Positions 63,199-64,000 of a stretch of 64,000 nt of DNA are shown here, one piece after another. Under the pieces are notes generated by a model that was not told where the DNA came from, did not search any database, and was given only the letters and a program-made list of their open reading frames with translations. This stretch comes from Felis catus (Eukaryota): assembly GCF_018350175.1 (NCBI RefSeq), contig NC_058368.1, positions 211,918,001 through 211,982,000 on the forward strand. Direction: 5' to 3'. Made by a program: the position numbers and the translations under genes. Positions within the stretch are counted from its first letter, which is position 1; each line of letters begins with the position of its first letter.

Positions 63199-63823
63199 TC
63201 AATCTTGCTTTTAGGTGTCCACTCAGTCATTTCAACCAGCAAAGAGAGAAAGAGGCAGGAGATGTATTAACTGAACATCTACCATTTGACAGCAGTGAAC
63301 TAGGGGGTATACAACATAGTTTTCTATTTAATCCCCTTGACAACCTACCCAGTGGGGTATTAACCTCATCTTATGGGTGATGAGATTCACGGATGGCCAA
63401 AGAAGTGATTCAGTTAGCGTTTAAGCAAAATAGCTGGAGAATGAAAGTGCCTGATGAACGGTGGCAAATCAATAAAGCAGATGTTATTATTCCCATTTTA
63501 CAAAAAATGCACACTGAGTCTAAATGGTCGAGAATATGCTGAATTGCTTTTGTGGGGACCCCCATCCCCACCATCATCGGTACCTTGTGGCATTACGAGT
63601 GGGTTCACTTTGGCTTCTGTGCTCAGCCATGGTCATCTGGGGGTCAGTGATGCTGTGTTCCTCTGGGTCCCGGAATCTTTCTCCTGTGAGATTCTATTCC
63701 ACATTGATTATGGGGGAGTTTTAAGTTGGAAGGCTTATCAAAGTGTTAGCAGTTATATATGCTGTTACAACTTTTAATCCCGGTGTTTACTAATCTCTTT
63801 TGCCTATAGCTCTAGGAGATAGC

Positions 63824-64000
63824 TTTTTTTTTTTCAGCCTTTTTTGAGGTATAATTGAAAAAACTGTAACACATTCAAAGTGTACTATCAGATGATTTGA
63901 CATATGTACACATTGTGAAAGGATTCCCCCCATCGAGTTAATTAACACATCCGTTACCTCACATATTTACTTTTTTTGAAGAGTGAGAACATTTAAGTTC
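63824..64000 (-). mobile_element. L1 (L1MA-like) 3' end, running off the window
   Basis: Poly-T, ttgaggtataattga, gatgatttgacatatgtacacattgtgaaagg, ttaattaacacatccgttacctcaca. Confidence 0.88.

Noticed and set aside
1..64000. Inferring a plus-strand host gene from mostly minus-oriented LTRs
   Set aside because: Too few elements, L1 orientation is mixed, and no exon identifies a host gene.

Overview
Mammalian non-coding DNA, almost certainly felid/feliform: about 22 tRNA-derived Can-SINEs with the feliform-type body. The window is mostly interspersed repeats (L1, L2, MIR, MaLR/ERV1 LTRs, hAT MITEs) and microsatellites. I could not support any intact multi-exon protein gene, and nearly all ORF-track entries are repeat-derived or random. 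Two gene-derived elements stand out. (1) A full-length RPL41 processed pseudogene with TSDs at 56188-56610, too short for the ORF track. (2) A CpG-rich, apparently intronless decayed gene on the minus strand at ~17690-19780. It has a TATA box, a Kozak ATG, a degenerate homeodomain-like segment, a 21-nt (7-aa, GSTPDAP-like) repeat array, a Leu-rich C-terminus and an AATAAA. It is disrupted by a stop and frameshifts, a solo ERV LTR, and an inverted 165-bp copy of its own 3' region. Repeat subfamily names come from recalled consensus motifs, not a database run, and boundaries of old repeats are approximate.
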